From the UHGV virus genome UHGV-1067530: a DNA stretch of 33,600 bases. The stretch is one strand, 5' to 3'. Each line of letters opens with the position of its first letter. Position 1 is the stretch's first letter. This stretch comes from a virus. Positions 8,417 to 13,709 of the stretch are shown piece by piece. Under the pieces are notes generated by a model. That model did no database searches. It saw nothing but the letters and a program-made list of their open reading frames with translations, and was not told the origin of the DNA. Made by a program: the position numbers and the translations under genes.

Positions 8417-9832
8417 ATGAGCGAATTATTTAAACATGCGCACCTTCATGCAGGTCGAACTGAAAATGGTGCTGTAAACCATACTTCATCAATGTCTGCT
8501 CTTGTAGACTTTTACAAAGCTGCTGGTTCAAGCCGTAGCAACGTAGAAATCTTACCAGACCTGTTCTACAAAGCTTTGCGTGAGGATGTTGATGTTGCAG
8601 TTCGTATTTTACTGCATATGCGAGATGTACGAGAAGGTATTGGTGAGCGTAAAGCCTTCAGAACTGTTTTGCTTCAAGCAATTGAAGATAAAGTTTTAGA
8701 GCCTACACAGGTTCTTCGCATTATGGATAAGATTGCAGAACTTGGTCGTTTTGATGACTTCAAAATCTTCGTAGGTACTCGTTTCGAGACAGATGCCTTC
8801 AAACATTTAGAAGCAGCATTACTAGACCCTGCAACAGCAGGTTTGGCAGCCAAGTGGCTACCACGAGTCAAACCACGTCATAAGCAGTTTGTAAAACGTT
8901 TCTGTAAGTTTGCCAACTTGAGTGAGAAAGAGTATCGCACACTGTTGTCTGCGCTCTCTGATACAGTTGAGCAAAAAATCTCTGCTAATGAGTTTGGCAA
9001 GATTGACTACAGTAAGATTCCTTCACTTGCTGCTGCACGTTACCAAAAACTGTTTAACCGCAAAGATGGAGAACGCTACAAAGCTTACATCGAGTCCTTA
9101 TCAAAGGGTGAGACTAAGATTAATGCTGGTGCTGTTTACCCATACGATGTGATTAAGTCTGTTAAGTATGGTAATGCAGATGTTGCTAATGAGCAGTGGA
9201 AAGCACTACCAAACTGGATGGCAGAGGGTGAAAACATTCTCTGTATGTCTGATGTTTCACGTTCAATGTCTTGGGTGAATTTTGGCTCCATTACTACTCT
9301 GGATATTGGTGTATCACTTGCATTGTATGTAGCAGAACGCAATACAGGTTGCTTTAAAAATGAGTTAATGGTTTACTCAACAAACCCTCACTTCATCGAA
9401 CTGAGTGGTGATTTACGAAACCGTCATCGTCAGGTGATGCGGCACGTTGAATATGGCTCAACTAACTTACAAGCAGCTTTTGACCGTATTCTTGAGACAG
9501 GTAAAAGAAATAACTTGACTCAGAAAGATATGCCAAGTAAGCTTATCATCTTCTCAGATATGGAGTTCAATCAGGTTGATGGAGCTAACGGTCGCACAAA
9601 CTTTGAAGCAATCCAGAGTAAGTACAAGAAAGCTGGATACGAAATGCCACAACTGGTATTCTGGTACTTAGCAAACCGTAATGGTACTTGCGAAGTATCT
9701 GTTAAGGATAACGGTGTAGCAATGGTATCTGGTTTCTCTCCAGCCACTTTAAAAGCTCTGCTTGGTGGTGAGAAGTTTGACCCTATCAGCGTAATGCTCA
9801 AAGCAGTAATGATTGACCGTTATATCTGGTAA
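8417..9832 (+). CDS. vWA-domain protein with N-terminal alpha-helical domain; possibly Ro60/TROVE-like (DUF2828-type)
   Basis: MIDAS motif in ILCMSDVSRSMS (DxSxS), downstream YGSTNL (T) and LIIFSDMEF (D) at vWA-typical spacing; N-terminal ~270 aa has no motif I recognise; the TROVE assignment is inference. Confidence 0.55.
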   Translation: MSELFKHAHLHAGRTENGAVNHTSSMSALVDFYKAAGSSRSNVEILPDLFYKALREDVDVAVRILLHMRDVREGIGERKAFRTVLLQAIEDKVLEPTQVLRIMDKIAELGRFDDFKIFVGTRFETDAFKHLEAALLDPATAGLAAKWLPRVKPRHKQFVKRFCKFANLSEKEYRTLLSALSDTVEQKISANEFGKIDYSKIPSLAAARYQKLFNRKDGERYKAYIESLSKGETKINAGAVYPYDVIKSVKYGNADVANEQWKALPNWMAEGENILCMSDVSRSMSWVNFGSITTLDIGVSLALYVAERNTGCFKNELMVYSTNPHFIELSGDLRNRHRQVMRHVEYGSTNLQAAFDRILETGKRNNLTQKDMPSKLIIFSDMEFNQVDGANGRTNFEAIQSKYKKAGYEMPQLVFWYLANRNGTCEVSVKDNGVAMVSGFSPATLKALLGGEKFDPISVMLKAVMIDRYIW

Positions 9833-9850
9833 AAAGTTTTAAAAAGGGTA

Positions 9851-9879
9851 TTGACAATGTGTTTGATACCCTTTAATAT
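9851..9879 (+). promoter_or_regulatory. Putative sigma70-like promoter heading the tRNA array
   Basis: TTGACA (9851-9856), 17-nt spacer, TAATAT (9874-9879); the -35 sits inside the inverted repeat GGGTAT...ATACCC. Confidence 0.45.
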
Positions 9880-9941
9880 GTTCTACATAGAAACGAAACG
9901 AGAGCTTTTCTAAGATACTGAAAAATATTTTAAAAAAGTTC

Positions 9942-9971
9942 TTGACAATCACTAAAAAATAATGTTAAAGT
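9942..9971 (+). promoter_or_regulatory. Putative second promoter upstream of tRNA-Pro
   Basis: aaaaaagttcTTGACA, 18-nt spacer, TAAAGT; same architecture as the 8348 promoter. Confidence 0.35.
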
Positions 9972-9997
9972 GGTTACATAGAGTTTGAAAAGTTTAT

Positions 9998-10074
9998 CTC
10001 TGTTTAGCTCAGCTTGGTAGAGCGTTCCGTTTGGGGCGGTAAGGCCGGAGGTTCAAGTCCTCCAACAGAGACCA
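9998..10074 (+). tRNA. tRNA-Pro (anticodon TGG)
   Basis: Acceptor CTCTGTT/AACAGAG, D-arm GCTC/GAGC, anticodon loop TTTGGGG, T-arm GGAGG-TTCAAGT-CCTCC, encoded CCA. Confidence 0.8.
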
Positions 10075-10081
10075 AATTAAT

Positions 10082-10159
10082 GTTCCAGTAGACAAAATGG
10101 TATAGTCACCACTCTTTCAAAGTGGATATTTGAGGGTTCAAATCCCTTCTGGAACGCCA
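10082..10159 (+). tRNA. tRNA-Glu (anticodon TTC)
   Basis: Acceptor GTTCCAG/CTGGAAC, anticodon stem CCACT/AGTGG, loop CTTTCAA, T-loop TTCAAAT, CCA. Confidence 0.8.
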
Positions 10160-10162
10160 GTT

Positions 10163-10239
10163 TTGACAGAAGACCAATTACAGCAAACTTAATCTTATTC
10201 ATCTGAAGGTAAATCGGACAAAGAAGAGATTTGGTCTGG
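10163..10239 (+). repeat. Inverted-repeat-bounded element, copy 1 (TTGACAGAAGACC-AA-TTACAGCAA ... TTGGTCTGG)
   Basis: 5' box CAGAAGACC + TTACAGCAA, 3' box GGTCTGG; termini AGACCAA/TTGGTCT are complementary. Confidence 0.6.
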
Positions 10240-10251
10240 TCATTAAGAATT

Positions 10252-10327
10252 GCGGGTATAGAGAAAGGGCGTCTCACATGTCTCATTAGCATGGTATCGG
10301 CAGGTTCGACTCCTGCACCCGCCTCCA
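10252..10327 (+). tRNA. tRNA-Met/Ile2-like (anticodon CAT), slightly irregular acceptor/T-stem register
   Basis: Acceptor GCGGGTA, D-arm GAGA/TCTC, anticodon stem CATGT/GCATG, loop CTCATTA, T-arm GCAGG-TTCGACT-CCTGC; 3' strand ACCCGCC pairs with a 1-nt offset. Confidence 0.5.
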
Positions 10328-10329
10328 AA

Positions 10330-10397
10330 TTTACAGAAGACCGTTTACAGCAATATTTATTAAATTTTTAGCGGAAAAATTGAAAGATGTGGTCTGG
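10330..10397 (+). repeat. Inverted-repeat-bounded element, copy 2 (TTTACAGAAGACCGTTTACAGCAA ... GGTCTGG)
   Basis: 5' 27 nt identical to copy 4; internal AT-rich hairpin AATTTTT/AAAAATT. Confidence 0.6.
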
Positions 10398-10410
10398 TAA
10401 TACTAAACAT

Positions 10411-10487
10411 GGTTAGGAAGCACATAAGGTATGTGCGGTCGCCTGTTAAGCGAATGGCACAGGGTTCGAATCCCTGACTAACCGCCA
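10411..10487 (+). tRNA. tRNA-Asn (anticodon GTT)
   Basis: Acceptor GGTTAGG/ACTAACC, D-arm GCAC/GTGC, anticodon loop CTGTTAA, T-arm CAGGG-TTCGAAT-CCCTG, discriminator G, CCA. Confidence 0.75.
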
Positions 10488-10556
10488 AATTTAGGAGAGA
10501 AGCGATTGCTCACCGATTTGTAAGGTGCAAGTCCTTAGCCTGAATAGAAATTAAAT

Positions 10557-10644
10557 GTGTCGTTATCCCGTAGATGGTAGCGGTGGGGACTGTAAATCCC
10601 TTGTCATTGAGACTCGGTAGGTTCGACTCCTACACGGCACACCA
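10557..10644 (+). tRNA. tRNA-Tyr (anticodon GTA), long variable arm
   Basis: Acceptor GTGTCGT/ACGGCAC, anticodon loop CTGTAAA, ~15-nt variable arm, T-arm GTAGG-TTCGACT-CCTAC, CCA. Confidence 0.7.
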
Positions 10645-10649
10645 ACAAA

Positions 10650-10727
10650 GGTTATGTAGTTTAATTTGGTTAAAATACTCCCCTGTCACGGGAGATGATG
10701 AGGGTTCAAATCCCTTCGTAACCGCCA
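10650..10727 (+). tRNA. tRNA-Asp (anticodon GTC)
   Basis: Acceptor GGTTATG/CGTAACC, anticodon stem CTCCC/GGGAG, loop CTGTCAC, T-loop TTCAAAT, CCA. Confidence 0.75.
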
Positions 10728-10788
10728 ATTTTGAGAGGGCTATTTAGCCCCTCCCTTAAAGAGTTCTTACGAGTATTCTTTAAAGGAG

Positions 10789-10862
10789 CAGAAGACCAAA
10801 TACAGCAAGTTACTTAAAATTTCAAGCCAATTTAATTTTGAAAAATTTAAAACTTGGTCTGG
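10789..10862 (+). repeat. Inverted-repeat-bounded element, copy 3 (CAGAAGACC-AAA-TACAGCAA ... TTGGTCTGG)
   Basis: Same terminal boxes; interior is a long AT-rich imperfect hairpin (CAAGTTACTTAAAATTTCAA / TTGAAAAATTTAAAACTTG). Confidence 0.6.
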
Positions 10863-10871
10863 CTCAACAAA

Positions 10872-11006
10872 TTTACAGAAGACCGTTTACAGCAAAACTT
10901 AAACAATCTATTTCTCGGTAAAGAAAAGGAGAAGGTTCGATTCCTTCACTCGGCAGGTGTCGAGTTGGTGTAATGGTAGCACTTAAGATGATAAACAACG
11001 GTCTGG
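10872..11006 (+). repeat. Inverted-repeat-bounded element, copy 4 (TTTACAGAAGACCGTT ... AACGGTCTGG), containing tRNA-like fragments
   Basis: 8-bp terminal complementarity AGACCGTT/AACGGTCT; interior holds a T-arm (GAAGG-TTCGATT-CCTTC) followed by a D-arm-like segment. Confidence 0.6.
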
Positions 11007-11007
11007 T

Positions 11008-11151
11008 AATTATCTTTGTAGATAAGTTATTAAGCTTACCTGTGAGTATGCGACCACAAAGGGTGAAAGGGTAAATTCTAGATTTAAACCCAAAAAGGCA
11101 CATCGCTACAGACCTTAAGCAAGTCTGGGTAGCTTATCTACAAAGATAATT
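11008..11151 (+). repeat. 19-bp perfect inverted repeat (AATTATCTTTGTAGATAAG / CTTATCTACAAAGATAATT) flanking 106 nt
   Basis: Read directly: 11008-11026 is the exact reverse complement of 11133-11151; the interior contains CAGACC...GTCTGG. Confidence 0.7.
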
Positions 11152-11155
11152 TAAT

Positions 11156-11231
11156 GGAAGTGTAGCAGAATGGTGATGCGGCAGACTTTTAATCTGACAG
11201 GCGATGGGTTCGAATCCCTCCACTTCTACCA
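11156..11231 (+). tRNA. tRNA-Lys (anticodon TTT)
   Basis: Acceptor GGAAGTG/CACTTCT (G1-U72 wobble), anticodon loop CTTTTAA, T-loop TTCGAAT, discriminator A, CCA. Confidence 0.7.
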
Positions 11232-11235
11232 ATAT

Positions 11236-11312
11236 GGTTCAGTCGCAGATAAGGTAATGCAAGGGTCTCATAAGCCCTATGAATGTGGGTTCGATTCCCA
11301 TCTGAACCTCCA
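11236..11312 (+). tRNA. tRNA-Met or Ile2 (anticodon CAT)
   Basis: Acceptor GGTTCAG/CTGAACC, anticodon stem AGGGT/GCCCT, loop CTCATAA, T-arm TGGG-TTCGATT-CCCA, CCA. Confidence 0.75.
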
Positions 11313-11314
11313 AT

Positions 11315-11389
11315 TGTGGGTTAGCATAAATGGTAATGCAAACGGCTGATAACCGTTAGAAGAGGGTTCGATACCCTCACCTACAACCA
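11315..11389 (+). tRNA. tRNA-Ile (anticodon GAT)
   Basis: Acceptor TGTGGGT/ACCTACA, D-arm GCA/TGC, anticodon stem AACGG/CCGTT, loop CTGATAA, T-arm GAGGG-TTCGATA-CCCTC, CCA. Confidence 0.75.
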
Positions 11390-11404
11390 ATTTCAATAAA
11401 GTTG

Positions 11405-11433
11405 TTGACATTGAGATGTGACTACTTTATAGT
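11405..11433 (+). promoter_or_regulatory. Putative sigma70-like promoter inside the tRNA array
   Basis: aaagttgTTGACA (11405-11410), 17-nt spacer, TATAGT (11428-11433). Confidence 0.45.
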
Positions 11434-11439
11434 AACTAA

Positions 11440-11726
11440 AATACTTCAGAATATGTATAATTCAAACACCAATACATGAGCGTTAGACGTAACACAATGT
11501 GGGGAAATTTGTTGTACATATTCTGAATAGTTTTCGTTGCGTAGCGTCTATTTTGCAAATTTAAAATAAATGCAAACGACAATGTTTTTCTGGCAGTAGC
11601 TTGATAGGCTAAACACCAGTGAGGTCTTCCAATCCCTCATCAAAGAATTTGGCGTACTAGCCCACGGTATGATTAATAAGGTGGGCATCTTTAAGGGCTT
11701 TCTAAGAGAGTCTTTAAAGATAATTA
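11440..11726 (+). ncRNA. Candidate structured non-coding RNA region (ORF-free, multiple hairpins)
   Basis: No ORF of 60 aa or more; 13-bp perfect inverted repeat TTCAGAATATGTA (11445-11457) / TACATATTCTGAA (11515-11527); hairpins GCCCAC...GTGGGC, TGAGG...CCTCA, TTTGCA...TGCAAA; sits downstream of the 11405 promoter. Confidence 0.35.
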
Positions 11727-11808
11727 CGGGGCGTATCTCAGCGGTCTTCTAAACCGCCGTTAACCGAGTAAGTGGAGTATGCGGGTTCGAGTCCTGCCGC
11801 CTCGACCA
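11727..11808 (+). tRNA. tRNA-like, Arg(TCT)-type anticodon arm, atypical (no canonical D-arm, 23-nt segment before the T-arm)
   Basis: Acceptor CGGGGCG/CGCCTCG, anticodon stem GCGGT/ACCGC with loop CTTCTAA, T-arm GCGGG-TTCGAGT-CCTGC, discriminator A, CCA; the D-arm 3' strand is not identifiable. Confidence 0.45.
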
Positions 11809-11950
11809 ATTAGTTAGCAGATTACTTAGACGACCTAAGCGGGTCTTCCTGTAGGGAGGTGGTCTGTATCTCATGTTTTCCAGAACATGTAAATAATCTG
11901 AGAAGGGGCTTTACAGTGTTGAGATAATACGGTAAGCTTCGAATTATAGT

Positions 11951-12033
11951 ATGGGACGATGTTAAGACTCTAAGGCATGAGCAACGGCTTCCAACACCGT
12001 TTCAAAGGGGTTCAACTCCTCCGTCCCATGCCA
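11951..12033 (+). tRNA. tRNA-like, Trp(CCA)-type anticodon loop, atypical (7 extra nt in the D region)
   Basis: Acceptor ATGGGAC/GTCCCAT perfect, hairpin ACGGC-TTCCAAC-ACCGT, T-arm AGGGG-TTCAACT-CCTCC, discriminator G, CCA; D region is 26 nt. Confidence 0.4.
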
Positions 12034-12046
12034 AAGTCTTATTAGG

Positions 12047-12134
12047 GGTAGGTAGCGGCTAATGGTAGCCAAACTGTCTTGAAAACAGTTGCCACTGTAG
12101 AGATACGGTGAGGGTTCGACTCCTTTACTTACCG
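12047..12134 (+). tRNA. tRNA-Ser (anticodon TGA), long variable arm; CCA not encoded
   Basis: Acceptor GGTAGGT/ACTTACC, anticodon stem ACTGT/ACAGT, loop CTTGAAA, ~20-nt variable arm, T-arm GAGGG-TTCGACT-CCTTT, discriminator G. Confidence 0.7.
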
Positions 12135-12137
12135 CCT

Positions 12138-12391
12138 AATAAGATTTAAAGCCAAGCTTCATTCGGATGTCGCTTTGGTATCCCGCGTGTATTGTCGTAC
12201 ACACTGATAAAACACCTAGTAGGTGTCACGGAGAAGAGATAATATCAAGCTCTCCAAAGGTTCTAGTCACCGGATTAAACAAGACTATGCAAAGACCTTT
12301 TTAGGTCTTTTTAGAGGGCTTCTAAGGTTATTACAGCTTGTTGTGGAACCTTGTTGCTTAGGTTCTTAGAAGTTCTCTAAAAAGATTTAAT
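12138..12391 (+). ncRNA. Candidate structured non-coding region (hairpins, terminator-like stem, long CTTCTAAG/CTTAGAAG hairpin)
   Basis: ORF-free; hairpins GTGTA...TACAC, ACACCTA...TAGGTGT, GGAGA...TCTCC; AAAGACC-TTTTT-AGGTCTTT followed by a T-run (about 12288-12312); inverted repeat CTTCTAAG (12320) / CTTAGAAG (12365). Confidence 0.3.
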
Positions 12392-12469
12392 GGGAGATTG
12401 ACGGTAATTGGTAAACCTACCATCCTTAGAAGTTGGTGTTTGAGGGTTCGAATCCCTTGTCTCCTACCA
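12392..12469 (+). tRNA. tRNA with Leu-type anticodon TAG but short (5-nt) variable loop
   Basis: Acceptor GGGAGAT/GTCTCCT, anticodon stem CCATC/GTTGG (one U-U), loop CTTAGAA, T-arm GAGGG-TTCGAAT-CCCTT, discriminator A, CCA. Confidence 0.55.
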
Positions 12470-12476
12470 AATTAAT

Positions 12477-12552
12477 GCAGGTGTAGCAAAATGGTTATGC
12501 GGCTGACTCTTAATCAGTAAGACGATGGGTTCAATTCCCTCCACCTGTACCA
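12477..12552 (+). tRNA. tRNA-Lys (anticodon CTT)
   Basis: Acceptor GCAGGTG/CACCTGT, anticodon stem GCTGA/TCAGT, loop CTCTTAA, T-loop TTCAATT, discriminator A, CCA; close paralog of the 11156 tRNA. Confidence 0.7.
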
Positions 12553-12558
12553 GACATT

Positions 12559-12634
12559 TGGGTCATAGTTTATATGGTTAAAATTCGAGTTTTGCAAACT
12601 TGGGAACTGAGTTCAATTCTCAGTGACTCCACCA
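12559..12634 (+). tRNA. tRNA-Ala (anticodon TGC)
   Basis: G3-U70 wobble present in the acceptor (TGGGTCA/TGACTCC), anticodon stem CGAGT/ACTTG, loop TTTGCAA, T-arm CTGAG-TTCAATT-CTCAG, discriminator A, CCA; 1-72 is unpaired (T/C). Confidence 0.7.
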
Positions 12635-12640
12635 ATTAGT

Positions 12641-12715
12641 GCATCCATAGTTTAAACGGGAAAATTACAGTCTTCCAAACTGAGGTTGAGGGTTCGATTC
12701 CCTCTGGATGCTCCA
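12641..12715 (+). tRNA. tRNA-Gly (anticodon TCC)
   Basis: Acceptor GCATCCA/TGGATGC perfect, anticodon loop CTTCCAA, T-arm GAGGG-TTCGATT-CCCTC, CCA. Confidence 0.75.
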
Positions 12716-12721
12716 AACAAT

Positions 12722-12798
12722 GCTGCTTTCGTATAATTGGCTATTACACATCCCTTGTAAGGATGGAAATGCAGGTTCGAGTCCTGTGAGCAGCACCA
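12722..12798 (+). tRNA. tRNA-Thr (anticodon TGT)
   Basis: Acceptor GCTGCTT/GAGCAGC, anticodon stem CATCC/GGATG, loop CTTGTAA, T-arm GCAGG-TTCGAGT-CCTGT, discriminator A, CCA. Confidence 0.8.
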
Positions 12799-12799
12799 A

Positions 12800-12893
12800 T
12801 TCAGAGGTCAAGTGAAAGACCGCTGGTGTCAACTGAAGACCGTAACAAATTCCACGGAGTTGAGTTAGCGGCACAACTTCAGACCTCTTTCAC
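12800..12893 (+). repeat. Repeat/palindrome-rich spacer related to the CAGAAGACC element family
   Basis: CTGAAGACCGTAACA (12836-) resembles the 5' box; AGAGGTC...GACCTCT and CTGAAG...CTTCAG inverted repeats. Confidence 0.4.
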
Positions 12894-12968
12894 ACTCGCT
12901 TAGTTTATATGGTAAAACATCACCCTTACAAGATGAAGAAAAAGGTTCAAGTCCTTTAGTGAGTACCA
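12894..12968 (+). tRNA. tRNA-Val (anticodon TAC)
   Basis: Acceptor ACTCGCT/AGTGAGT, D-stem GTTT, anticodon loop CTTACAA, T-arm AAAGG-TTCAAGT-CCTTT, discriminator A, CCA. Confidence 0.65.
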
Positions 12969-12969
12969 T

Positions 12970-13047
12970 GTTCCAGTATCCCAATTGGCAGAGGATGCAA
13001 GCTCAAACCTTGTATTAGTGACGGTTCGAATCCGTCTTGGAACACCA
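12970..13047 (+). tRNA. tRNA with Leu-type anticodon CAA but short (6-nt) variable loop
   Basis: Acceptor GTTCCAG/TTGGAAC, D-loop AATTGGCAGAG, anticodon stem TGCAAG/CTTGTA with loop CTCAAAC, T-arm GACGG-TTCGAAT-CCGTC, discriminator A, CCA. Confidence 0.55.
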
Positions 13048-13065
13048 ATTTAAAGAGGCTATTTA

Positions 13066-13623
13066 ATGAGATATTTGAAGTATGCTTCATGGATTTTCTT
13101 AGCTTTACTAGACCCAATTGCAGCAATCCTAGCAGTTATCTTAGCACCTTTCGTAGTTCCATTCTACAGTGAGAAGAAAGGACATCTACCTTTTGGATTC
13201 AGATGGATGGAGACCTATGACAACCCGATTGATGGTGACGAAGGTCACGTTAAAAGATGGGCTAAGATTAGAAAGATTGGTAAGCTGGGTGTCTACATGC
13301 AGAGAGTTGGGTGGCTCTGGAGAAACAAAGCTTATAACTTCTCTTACCATGTATTAGGAAGAGATGTAAAAGATGTTACTAAGTGGAGAGGTAATATCAA
13401 CGTAAGTTCTGACCCTGAAGATAATCAGACTGGTTATCTCCTAATGTGGAACAACAATGCTTGGGGATTATTCGCTTTTATTCCGTCAATTAAAGTCTTT
13501 GGTAAACAGTTTTACTGGAGAATTTATGTTGGATGGAAACTAAAAAGTGTTGTCCCAGAAGAAAGAGCATTCTCAAGGGAAAGAGTTATGTTGGCATTCT
13601 TTATTCATCCACTGAGAAAGTAA
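13066..13623 (+). CDS. hypothetical membrane protein (185 aa) embedded in the tRNA array
   Basis: ORF with RBS aaagagg upstream; N-terminal hydrophobic helix WIFLALLDPIAAILAVILAPFVVPF; Trp/Arg-rich remainder. Confidence 0.6.
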   Translation: MRYLKYASWIFLALLDPIAAILAVILAPFVVPFYSEKKGHLPFGFRWMETYDNPIDGDEGHVKRWAKIRKIGKLGVYMQRVGWLWRNKAYNFSYHVLGRDVKDVTKWRGNINVSSDPEDNQTGYLLMWNNNAWGLFAFIPSIKVFGKQFYWRIYVGWKLKSVVPEERAFSRERVMLAFFIHPLRK

Positions 13624-13631
13624 AGATTTAA

Positions 13632-13707
13632 AGGGGATTAGTTTACAAGGTTAAAACCTCGGTCTTTGAAATCGAAGAAGTTGGTTCAATTCCAACATCC
13701 CCCGCCA
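13632..13707 (+). tRNA. tRNA-Gln (anticodon TTG)
   Basis: Acceptor AGGGGAT/ATCCCCC with unpaired 1-72, discriminator G, anticodon stem TCGGT/ATCGA, loop CTTTGAA, T-arm GTTGG-TTCAATT-CCAAC, CCA. Confidence 0.7.
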
Positions 13708-13709
13708 AT

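Noticed and set aside
10077-10328. 83-aa minus-strand ORF across tRNA-Glu and element copy 1
   Set aside because: It lies entirely within tRNA and repeat sequence on the opposite strand, has no RBS and reads as low-complexity; a chance ORF
10488-10556. T-arm-like hairpin TAAGG-TGCAAGT-CCTTA between tRNA-Asn and tRNA-Tyr
   Set aside because: There is no acceptor stem, D-arm or anticodon arm; it is probably a degenerate fragment or a simple hairpin, so it is not called as a tRNA
10873-11103. 76-aa minus-strand ORF in the repeat-rich spacer
   Set aside because: It overlaps the inverted-repeat elements, with no RBS or coding signature
12665-12874. 69-aa minus-strand ORF across tRNA-Gly and tRNA-Thr
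   Set aside because: It is antisense to two well-formed tRNA genes
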